Shown: piece after piece, positions 1 to 9,088 of the stretch
Layout: every line of letters begins with the position of its first letter
How positions within the stretch are numbered: the first letter of the stretch is position 1
Origin: Azolla caroliniana
Taxonomy: Eukaryota > Plantae > Polypodiophyta
DNA length: 64,000 nucleotides
Assembly (NCBI GenBank): GCA_043228905.1
Contig: JBHGNT010000002.1
Coordinates: 7,006,001-7,070,000 of the forward strand
Direction of reading: 5' to 3'
Made by a program: the position numbers and the translations under genes
The notes under the pieces: generated by a model
Database searches by the model: none
Told to the model about the DNA's origin: nothing
The model's input: only the letters and a program-made list of their open reading frames with translations

Positions 1-311
1 GTAAGTAGGAATAGTTCTTGATGAGAAAAGACCTTCAGTATACCTATAAAAGGGAACCGAAGGCATTGTAAGAAAGGTCGTTTACTTAGTAATATAAGTT
101 TAAGTTAGGAATATCATGTACGGATTCTGTGTTCTTTCTATTGTCTATGTTGTTAAGTGCAAGCTTCCTAATTTATAACTAAGTAACGATCACGGTAATT
201 ACCGATTAATATAGTATAATTCTGTTCGTAAAACACAATTCCTTGTTAGAACGTTGAGTAGCGATGTTCACTCTTCTGTATCGGTAGTAGTTAGTAATTA
301 GCCGATTAACA
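1..311 (+). mobile_element. 3' part of an LTR of an element inserted into the RT of element A (rest lies left of the window)
   Basis: AT-rich, TATAAAAG near 45, ends ...TTAACA at 311. The minus-strand RT of A (EVQWFLGAC) stops abruptly at 312. Confidence 0.6.
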
Positions 312-546
312 CACATGCTCCTAAGAACCACTGGACCTCCGTGATGGATCCGCACTCCTCCTTCATTGCCGAGATGGCCTCTACCTTGGTCGGCGATGGC
401 TTCCGACCGTACGACCGACATAGATGGCCCACCGCTAAGATCTCTAGCTGTCCGAAGGCCGACTTTTCTCCCGAGAAGGTAAGCCGCGCGCCTTCAAGCC
501 TCTGTAGTATCTTCTCGCAGTCGGAGATATGGTCGGTGACAAACCT

Positions 547-1080
547 TCAGCACCCATTCGTGCCGATCGACTCATCCTTGGCGTCCTTCGGACCCCCACT
601 GATAGGGATGTCGTCCAAGAAAGGCATGGTGATGTCCGGAATGCAGTCCCGTAGAATTCTGTTCATTGCGTTCACCATGTGTGCCACTGAGTTGGTCCCC
701 CCCTGTGGTAGGGTACACATTTGAACTAGGCCGAGAGGGGTTCGCATTGTCGTGATGTCCCTGCTTTCCACGACCAGCTGGAACTGGTCGTACCCCGAGT
801 AAAGGTCTCCGACCGAGTATATGGACCTTCCGGCGAAGGCTTCCGCGAACTCATCGATCGACGACCCAACTCCCGTAATGCGGATGGTCACCTTGTTGAC
901 CGGTTGTAAGTCCTGGATGAAGCACAACGTACCGTTCTTCTTTGGTACCGTAAACCACCGGTTAGAGTAACGGGCACTCAATGGTTCGACGATGCCCAGT
1001 TCCACCTTCTGCTTGAGAAGCTCCATCAACATTGCCATGTGAGCTCTCGGTACTTGAATTGGTTTGAGACTCCATGGCAC
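547..1080 (-). pseudogene. Reverse transcriptase fragment of element A
   Basis: YSNRWFTVPKKNG, DLYSGYDQF, LPQGGTNS and MPFLDDIP motifs. It continues in another frame to 312. Confidence 0.9.
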
Positions 1081-1656
1081 GTTGTCGCGTTGTTACGCGC
1101 GTGCGTGTAGAAGGGGCGGGACCGCGGGGGTCATGGACTAGGGAGTGGAGGAGAAAGAATAGGACATGATATGGAGGCTTAGTTCAAGAGGAGAAGAGGA
1201 AAGAATAAGACCACGACATCGAAGGAGGGATCGGCGGAGGCAAGATGCTCAACAAGCTATATTAAAACAACGAATGGTTACAACAATGGTGGCCGCCATG
1301 GCCGCACCAAAATGACTATCCGAAAACCCTAAAGGGAAACCCCAGGAGAAACCCTAACTGAAACCTACCGGTATACACTCTAATACAAAATAGGCAACCC
1401 CTTCATAAGTGACCCCTCCCTTCCTTTTATAGCCCAAGGAGGGAGGGACCTTACAATGTGGGACAAAAATTTCCCCTCTCTTTCTATACACCATATCCTA
1501 GTATACATGTGCACATGTTGCACAACACCGACTTGTCCCTTCCACCCCGGTTTCCGCCTATGGACGAAAATCTTCACGACATCCACCCCCACCAAACCGC
1601 ACATCCACGGGTATGTGCCAAGAAAGGAAAAGTGTGAGAGATTTCGTCCACGGTGA

Positions 1657-4600
1657 TCAACCGGGTCTTTCGCCTGACCGGCACCCAACCTTCTTGCCGG
1701 TCCCTTGCTGGCGCCGATCCGTCTTGCCGGCCCCGACCCGCCGACTCCATCCGATCCACCACGTCCACCGCATTTCCCCGAACCGTCGGCTCCATCCAAT
1801 CCGCCATGTCCGGCGCATGCACCTTCTTCTTCGACCGGCCATCCCGGACACCATTGCCGATCCGGTCTCCCTTCCTTCACTCACCGCGCATGTCCTCCGG
1901 TTAGACCCCCGATTACTTCGATTGCTCGTCGGGTGCCGCTCCTCGGGTATCGCGTGTGTTCCACCTCCGGCTCGACCTTCTCCTCGCCCCGAACACCTCG
2001 TACCGACTCCCTTCGTTCTGCACTCGGCTTCCGTAGGCACTTCCCGTGCGTCGTTGTCGTCCATCGAATGCGTGCTCGTTCTTCGGTCCTTACGTGACCC
2101 CATTACGCGCTCCTCGCTTCTCCCTTGCTCGTCGTGCTCTCTTGTCGTAGAGCGTACCGTCATCCCGACCACCATGTCAATGTCCTTCGCGACTCCCGTT
2201 ACTGCTTCATCCCGACTCTCGTCCTCTTGGCCCGCTTGGCCTCGCATGCCTTCGGGGAAGCCGTGCTTCCTCTTCCCGGCGCGTAGCCCGTTGCTCTCCA
2301 CGCACCTCCTCCGGTTCTCAAGACATAGCCTTCCATGCTCGCCGATCATCCTCATGCTTGTCATTCGGCCCTTACGCGGCCACATCGCACGTCTCGCACT
2401 CCGCTCCGCTCTGCGTACCCTTTCGAAAAGGTACGTTGCTTCCCCGACATCCGTGTCGGTGCTCTCGTCTTCGGTGTCCTCCGCAACCTCCGATGTTGCC
2501 GCTTCGCCCCGAGGTACACCCTCTTGGTCCGCCTGGCCTTGGATGCCCTCCGGGAAGCCGCCACGTTTTCTCTTCCCGGTGTGTACCCCGTTGTTCTCCG
2601 CGCATCCCCTCCGTTTTCCCAGACACAATCCTTCATTCACGCCGATCACGCCCGTCTCGTTTTGTTGATCTTGGCGTCTCGTTGCACCGCCCGTCGTCCC
2701 ACACTTGCCTCTTGAAGGCTTTCCCCGACCGTCATCGTCGGTCACTCGTTGCGGCTCTTCCGGGTGCATTCTTGCTTCTTGGCCCTTCGCCGACCGTAGT
2801 GCACGCTCCGTTCTACGCCGTAATGCATGGTTTGCGTTACACACTTCCCTCGTTGTAGTCCCGACCTCCGCTTCGGCCTCTTCGTATTTCGTTGCCGTAG
2901 CCCCTTTCGACTCCGGCTTGCCGTCTTGGCCGTGCCCGTCCGCCTTCACGCACCGGGTACCCGTTCCGATAGCCTCGTCCGTTCCGATCTCCGACTCCTC
3001 GCCGCCTTCCGTCGTCTCTTTGGTCTTACATCGATCCGCAACCACCGAAGTCTCAAGGATAGATGTGGAGGGCTCCTCTCGCTCTCGGTCTTCTGCCAAG
3101 CCGTAATCACCGTGCCCGGTTAGCTTTCTTCTCGCGCTCACCGGCTCCCACCGGGTGTTGTGGCCCGTTTGCCTCGACCTCCAACCGTGCCAACTTTGCC
3201 TTCGCCCGGACCGGTCTCGGCCGATCGAGTTCTGGTTAGGTCGGCTCCCTTCCGTAATTGTAACCGGCCGGCAGATGTTTGTCCGAACAAATCCGACCTT
3301 GCCAGCTCTTCTTCGGTTCGGGCCCGGTTCACCAAACCTCGCTCCAATGTTCTTCCGCGTCGTCTTCCGGTCATGTCGGATTATCGACCGGTCCATCTTC
3401 CGGTCGGGTCGGTTCCCGACTCTCTCCTCTTTGCCGCTCCCGACCTCTCCGTCGGTCCTCTCGTATATGCCCGTTCCGGGCCTCGCGTTCTCATCTTCGT
3501 ACGTGTTCGCTCCGGGCCACACCTCCTCACGGCCACCGCCCTTCTCTCCGGTCTTATGTTGGCATTCGAGCGCAACCGCCGTAGTCTCCGGTCTCGGTGT
3601 TGAGAGGTCTTGCCTCCGTCCGCTATGACCTTCCTCATCGTCATTTCGATCGTCCGCTTTGCCGCCGCCACCTTCCGTCTCTCCGGTCTCACGTGGGCTC
3701 TCGGGGCCGACTGCCGAAGTCTCTAGAATAGGTGTGGGAAAAGTCCCGATACCGTTACTCGCCGATGCCATGTTCGTAGCCACCTTCGTTCGGACGCCGT
3801 GGTCCGTGGCTATCTCTTCCTCGTTCTCTTCATCGTCGTGGTAGGCCGCCTTGCCGCCACCACTGCCCATCGCTCTAGGTCTCACGCCGCCACTCGGGCC
3901 GGCCGCCGGAGCCTCTAGGACCGGTGTGGGTAAGGACCCGGCACCGCCACTCGTTGTGTCAGTAGCCGCTTCCGTCCGGTCGTCGTTGTCCGCGGCTACC
4001 CCATCTCCGATTCCGCAAACCTCGATTACGCTTGCCACCATCTCTCCCATGCCGTCGTCTCGGTTGCCCGCCTTGCCGTCGCCACCGTCCGTCACTCTAG
4101 GTCTCACACCGGCTCTCGGGCCGGATGCCAGAGTCTCTAGGACCGGTGTGTGTAAGGTCGCGGCACCGCCGCTTGTCTGCTCCTCACTCAATGTTTCGGG
4201 CCGCCATGTCCCGAATACGTAGTTACCGGCCTCCATGGCCGTCCCTTCACCGCAAGGCAAGAGGGTCGCTTGCTCCGCACCCTCTCCTATCTCGCCGTCG
4301 TACGCTCTCCCGGCCTCCGTATAGACCCCGTCTTCTACGTCTAGGGAGGCTTCTTCCTCCGCATCCTCCAATCGCCTCCGGCCCGTCTCCATAACAAGCC
4401 CTTCTTCGGCTCCGATTTTCGCCTTCACAAGCTCGCATGCCTCTCGTATTAGCGCTTCTAGGTCGAGCTCCTCCGAACCGTTTTGCGTTGAGCTCTCTTC
4501 CGGCGGTAGTGCGTACTCACTCACCGCTCTCTCTTCTCTGTCGCTCGCGGGCCACGTCGTTGCCGACCGCTCCCCATCGGGTTGCCGGCATACCCACTCC

Positions 4601-4935
4601 GGTTTCGCGTATCCGCACGCTTCCAATAGGGCTACCTCCAAGGACACCCACGACTCGTGAGCTTCTCGTAGCTCCTTGACCCCCTTGTGCACCGATGCGG
4701 CCGCCACTCGAGGAAAATACTCTAGCCGCATCTCCTCGTCCACGCCCCCTTTCGCCATCTCGTCCTCGTACGCTTCCAAGAACCTCGGGACATCGTCCCC
4801 GTTGAATCGGCCGACTCGATCGACCACCCTTTCGACGGCTTGTTGAGCCGCATCTCGCTTCGCCATCTTCCGTCCGGCTTCCATCACGATTTTTGCCATC
4901 ATCTCCTCGAAGTCCAAGTCTTCTTCCATCTCCAT
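1657..4935 (-). CDS. 1092-aa Gag-like N-terminal domain fused to a long repetitive low-complexity tail
   Basis: Stop-free ORF starting about 15 nt after the PBS. The N-terminus (AVERVVDRVGRFNGDDVPRFLEAYEDEM...LLEACGY) aligns by eye with Gag of G (AIESIVGTIGRFGGKSATSYLEAYRAEM...LLEKYGY). Confidence 0.75.
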   Translation of the reverse strand: MEMEEDLDFEEMMAKIVMEAGRKMAKRDAAQQAVERVVDRVGRFNGDDVPRFLEAYEDEMAKGGVDEEMRLEYFPRVAAASVHKGVKELREAHESWVSLEVALLEACGYAKPEWVCRQPDGERSATTWPASDREERAVSEYALPPEESSTQNGSEELDLEALIREACELVKAKIGAEEGLVMETGRRRLEDAEEEASLDVEDGVYTEAGRAYDGEIGEGAEQATLLPCGEGTAMEAGNYVFGTWRPETLSEEQTSGGAATLHTPVLETLASGPRAGVRPRVTDGGDGKAGNRDDGMGEMVASVIEVCGIGDGVAADNDDRTEAATDTTSGGAGSLPTPVLEAPAAGPSGGVRPRAMGSGGGKAAYHDDEENEEEIATDHGVRTKVATNMASASNGIGTFPTPILETSAVGPESPRETGETEGGGGKADDRNDDEEGHSGRRQDLSTPRPETTAVALECQHKTGEKGGGREEVWPGANTYEDENARPGTGIYERTDGEVGSGKEERVGNRPDRKMDRSIIRHDRKTTRKNIGARFGEPGPNRRRAGKVGFVRTNICRPVTITEGSRPNQNSIGRDRSGRRQSWHGWRSRQTGHNTRWEPVSARRKLTGHGDYGLAEDREREEPSTSILETSVVADRCKTKETTEGGEESEIGTDEAIGTGTRCVKADGHGQDGKPESKGATATKYEEAEAEVGTTTREVCNANHALRRRTERALRSAKGQEARMHPEEPQRVTDDDGRGKPSRGKCGTTGGATRRQDQQNETGVIGVNEGLCLGKRRGCAENNGVHTGKRKRGGFPEGIQGQADQEGVPRGEAATSEVAEDTEDESTDTDVGEATYLFERVRRAERSARRAMWPRKGRMTSMRMIGEHGRLCLENRRRCVESNGLRAGKRKHGFPEGMRGQAGQEDESRDEAVTGVAKDIDMVVGMTVRSTTREHDEQGRSEERVMGSRKDRRTSTHSMDDNDAREVPTEAECRTKGVGTRCSGRGEGRAGGGTHAIPEERHPTSNRSNRGSNRRTCAVSEGRETGSAMVSGMAGRRRRCMRRTWRIGWSRRFGEMRWTWWIGWSRRVGAGKTDRRQQGTGKKVGCRSGERPG

Positions 4936-4950
4936 GCTCCCTTGCCGCCC

Positions 4951-4968
4951 TTCACGTCGGGTTCACCA
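4951..4968 (-). promoter_or_regulatory. Primer-binding site complementary to tRNA-Trp 3' end (element C)
   Basis: TGGTGAACCCGACGTGAA on the minus strand is the complement of the plant tRNA-Trp 3' end ...TTCACGTCGGGTTCACCA. Confidence 0.85.
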
Positions 4969-5471
4969 AAGATGTCGCGTTGTTACGCGCGTGCGTGTAG
5001 AAGGGGCGGGACCGCGGGGGTCTTGGACTAGGGAGTGGAGGAGAAAGAATAGGACATGATATCGAGGCTTAGTTCAAGAGGAGAAGAGGAAAGAATAAAA
5101 CCACGACATCGAAGGAGGGATTGGCGGAGGCAAGATGCTCAACAAGCTATATTAAAACAACGAATGGTTACAACAATGGTGGCCTCCATGGCCGCACCAA
5201 AATGACTATCCGAAAACCCTAAAGGGAAACCCCAGGAGAAACCCTAACCGAAACCTATCGGTATACCCTCTAATACAAAATAGGCAACCCCTTCATAAGT
5301 GACCCCTCCCTTCCTTTTATAGCCCAAGGAGGGAGGGACCTTACAATGTGGGACAAAAATTTCCCCTCTCTTTCTATACACCATATCCTAGTATACATGT
5401 GCACATGTTGCACAACACCGACTTGCCCCTTCCACCCCGGTTTCCGCCTATGGACGAAAATCTTCACGACA

Positions 5472-7275
5472 ACGTGCGGCACGGTAAAGATCACCATTGG
5501 TTTGACAATGGTTGGGTTGACGCATCCGATCTCTCCCGGCGAGAATGCGAAGGCTTTCCCGTGCCTCTCGAGCATCCTTCTGAACCAGTCCTCTTCCACC
5601 GGCAGTAGGAAGTCACCCCCACCGATCTTCAGCTCTCGTAGTGTTTTGTTGGTGAAACGGTGTCCTATGTTGGCCGGATCTCGCAAGCTCGGGTCGGTAG
5701 CGACCCCATTTATTCGTTCCCAAGTGCCCTCCAGTAAGGGCGCCGCAACGGGCTTTTCCTTTCGGTCTACCACTTTGTACTTGGTGTCTACTCGGGCGAT
5801 CCAATGCGCCCTAGTTTTTCTTTCGAAGTCCGCAATGATTTCATACATGTCGACCGGGTTGATCGGTATGACTCGATCTTCACTTAGGCCTCCCTCGACT
5901 ACCTTCCTGATTTCTCCAAGGGTATCATCGAACGAGACCGCTTCCACGGCTTCCCCAAACCCTTCGTCGTGACTCAAGGCTCCGCACGCTTTTAAGCGTA
6001 TCTCGGCCCGCTTTTTTTCTCGGCCACTGATGCTGGCAATGATACATCCCCCGTTGTCGGAGAACAAAACTTTCCTCCCTATTTTACAGAGGTGGGGAAT
6101 TTTCCGGCTATCCGGACTATCACAGCCCCACGCCTTGATAGCCCTTTCCAAAAATCCGCCTTGTCGTTATTTCCGAGGGTGTCCCTGTTCCGCTCGTGAT
6201 TCTTCCGAACGGTCAAAAATTGGACGGAATGACGACCGTTCTGACTTTTTACCCTTGCATAGGTTGAACCATTGTCCAACACTTTTGTCTCCATTCTAGC
6301 CACCGTGATGTACGGCTCGCCGAGGATGACCGGGTGGGAGGACGTCTCTTGCACAAAAAAGTGTTGGTTTATATCGACGTCTCCGACGCTCACCCGGACG
6401 TTCGGGCAAGCCCTGTGTATTTCCTCTGTGGCTCTTGTAGCTGCACGTATCTTCCACCCGTGTTTGGTGTTGATCAGCCAATTCCCTTTCTTGTAGAAGT
6501 CCATGGAGATCAGGTTAATTTCCGACCCGTAGTCGATTAATGCCACCACTGGTTCCTTCACATCCCCGATACGACCGGGGGTTTCTGTAGTCACTCTTGC
6601 CCAGTACGGCCTGGCGTAGTGGCTTTCTGCAAGCTCGTCTTCCGTAGCCATCTCGTCCAGGAGTGCCGTCTTTACTTCAACCCGCTTCTCGGGCTCTGGT
6701 TCTGTCGCGAGACGTTTTCTCTTTACGAGGTTCACAATGCTGTCGTGGAATTCCCTTCTCGCTATGCCAAGCACTTCCCTAAGCGTGAGTTCTATGTGAC
6801 TGTCGAGAACTCGCTCCTCTAGAACCTTTTGCAGGTTCGTTGTTTTCTCGATTTCCGAGCTTAAACGGAAGCTCGGAATCCTGCCCTTCTCCTTCTCCTG
6901 GGACCCGGTCGGAGTGGCATCGTGCCCTTTCGGCGTGCTTCCGGTGTCATACCTCCCCAAAGGGCCCGCTCCCCCGATTTTCCCCGCTCGCCTTTCGTCG
7001 ATCAGGGCCTCGTAGTTCTTGCACACGGCTTCCACAAAGCCGATGCTCTCCTCAACGGGGTCACTCCAGTCGGTAACTTCGCGCACACGCTCCTCCACGC
7101 GCTCCGTTTCTCCCTTCTGCAACCTTCCTCCGGACAAGGTCTCGAGAATAACCGGCCAGAACCCAGGGTTTGAATTGGGTTTGGCTACCTTTTCGCCTAC
7201 ACGGATGCCGGCCGAAGCCGAGTAGTTGATGGCTTCGACGTGCCGTGCCGCAACTTCTTCCATTAGCCTCTTCAT
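5472..7275 (-). pseudogene. Element A Gag C-terminus and aspartic protease (6079-7275), then the pol N-terminal region in the -1 frame (5472-6151)
   Basis: D-x-G protease motif ALIDYGSEINL. The two ORFs overlap at GGATTTT (6157-6151). Confidence 0.8.
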
Positions 7276-8301
7276 GCCACCTCATCCGAAATTTGCGTCA
7301 AGCAATCTTCGCATGTCACTCACATGTATCCTACCATTCAAGAGATAGACTACATTACTTCTAAGCGCTTCATTGAGGTTAGCTCAATCTCTCTAGGAAT
7401 GTCTGGTGGCGTCGCACCATATGCACCTATGATTGGCCGACGGTCGTCAGTCGCGCGGCTGACCCTCGTCACTTCGCCGGGCCTGGGCGATCTAGAGGTC
7501 GCGCACCATGCTTGTCAGTTCTTCTAGTCCTGCGCCACCTGCAGGTCCCGCGACTACGTTTGCCGGGGGTGGGCCTTGCTCGAGCCACCTCCTCGTTTCT
7601 TCCATTCGGGTCGGTGTCAGCTCCGCTCTGGTTTCGATGGCCGGTCCGGCCGGCAAGGACCCCCTTTCTTTCCAATCTCGGCATTTGTCAATCCTACCGC
7701 ATACTTCTTTGACGGTCCCCCAGTCAATCGTGAGACCGCAGTTGGTTTCAAGAAGAAGACCCACGCTTTCTTGAACGCGCGAGTCGAACGATGTGACGAA
7801 AAATAGGACTTTGCTTGTTTCGAGCACGGCTCGGTCCAATCTTGAGAGCCGTGCGAATCGTGACTCGAACTCCTGGAGGAGCGCCGAAGTGTTCTAACCC
7901 TTGTCGGGGCTATTGACCCAATCCATAAAGTCCGTTCTCGATAGCTGGAACGAGTCATCGTAGCCGTACCTTTCGAGAACTTCTTCCGCGAATTCCGCCC
8001 AATCGCGGCAGCCTAGTTGTATTTCGGCCATTTCCGTATGGATGTGTGGTGTCATGACCTGGGGAAACCCTGTCAGCCATCTATCCTCGGGTATATTCCT
8101 CATCTACATCTCGGATTTGGAGGCCTCTAAGTAACTCGTGGCGTCTTTTCCACTAAACCGGCCTATCTTGTCGACTGTTGCTTCTATGGCCCTGTCGAGG
8201 GCACTCACACCCTTGCGAGCGCTAACCAGGCGGTCTACTGCCACCGCCATTGCTTCTGCAAGTTCGCTCCCTCTCATTTTCAGTTTCCTTTGCCGCCCTT
8301 T

Positions 8302-8319
8302 TTCACGTCGGGTTCACCA
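8302..8319 (-). promoter_or_regulatory. tRNA-Trp primer-binding site (element A)
   Basis: Perfect 18-mer TGGTGAACCCGACGTGAA, 5 nt from the LTR end. Confidence 0.85.
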
Positions 8320-8324
8320 AATTA

Positions 8325-9088
8325 TGTCGAGGAAATCCTCACGGATGCGTAGAAGTTGGGCAGGACCACGGGGGTCTTGAACCAAGGAATCCAGAAGTGA
8401 GGAGGAAGAGTTTGTGGTTTACAACGACCCCGAGACCGCGGTTTAAACAGAAAAGATTAGTGAAACGAGAGAGATAGTGTAAGAGGAAGGTGCGTAGACA
8501 CGAGCACGGACAGATATGCTAAGAACAACTTGCGTTAGGTGGATAAGCTTCTATTAATCAATATATGCGCATGGCGCGGTGGGTGATTACAACCGGATCA
8601 GTGCCGGTGTTTGAGCGTAGGCTCTACAGTAGTCAGATATGGAGATGAATGGGCACACAGAAGGTCGATCCCCTGGTCAGGAGCACTCGGCGTCTAACGC
8701 GAGCAGGGGAAGCGCCTTCCGGTGGCATGTTGTAGGACTCCTCATCTTCTTTTGTCTCTCTTTTCTTTCTCCTCTCTCTCAAAAAAAATTACATCCCCAA
8801 AAACAGTTGAGGGTCGCCCCTTTTATAGCACAAGGAGCGACCGTTATAGAGCATTAATGGCCTTGTTGCTTTAACTTCCTAAATTCTCCCCTTGATTCGC
8901 TCTCCTCGTAACTCTCCCTACTTACGTGATGTGTAAATCCCTATTAATGCTTTAACTACTTAGTACACCTCCTTTTTCCTATGCCTAGTACTTACACTAT
9001 CTAATTCACTAGGGGTGGGCACTCATGCACACCAGTGCTCCTGCACGTTTCTCATTGTTTCTACCGATGACCCGGAATCTTCACGACA
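8325..9088 (-). repeat. 5' LTR of element A
   Basis: TG...CA termini, minus-strand TATAAAAG near 8820-8827, adjacent PBS, flank ACGT. Confidence 0.85.

Larger units (their letters stand above)
1083..5471 (-). mobile_element. Element C: complete non-autonomous (pol-less, TR-GAG-like) LTR element
   Basis: 499-bp LTRs at 1083-1581 and 4973-5471 (about 9 substitutions by eye). TSD ACGT at 1079-1082 and 5472-5475; removing C restores FTVPHVPWSLKP of A. tRNA-Trp PBS 4951-4968, PPT GGGGGTGGA next to the left LTR. No PR/RT/RH/INT motifs. Confidence 0.93.
312..9088 (-). mobile_element. Element A: degenerate tRNA-Trp-primed Ty3/gypsy-type LTR retrotransposon, 3' part outside window, interrupted by element C
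   Basis: 5' LTR 8325-9088 (TGTCG...CGACA) and PBS 8302-8319. Broken gag ~7280-8277, protease ALIDYGSEINL in ORF 6079-7275, RT (DLYSGYDQ, LPQG, FLDD) in ORF 547-1080. Homologous along its length to element G. Confidence 0.92.

Noticed and set aside
1613-4679. Many plus-strand ORFs (up to 351 aa) inside element C
   Set aside because: Antisense shadows of a GC-rich ORF with no recognisable domain.
8302-8319. tRNA-Trp gene
   Set aside because: Only the 3' 18 nt including CCA are present, next to an LTR; this is a PBS.
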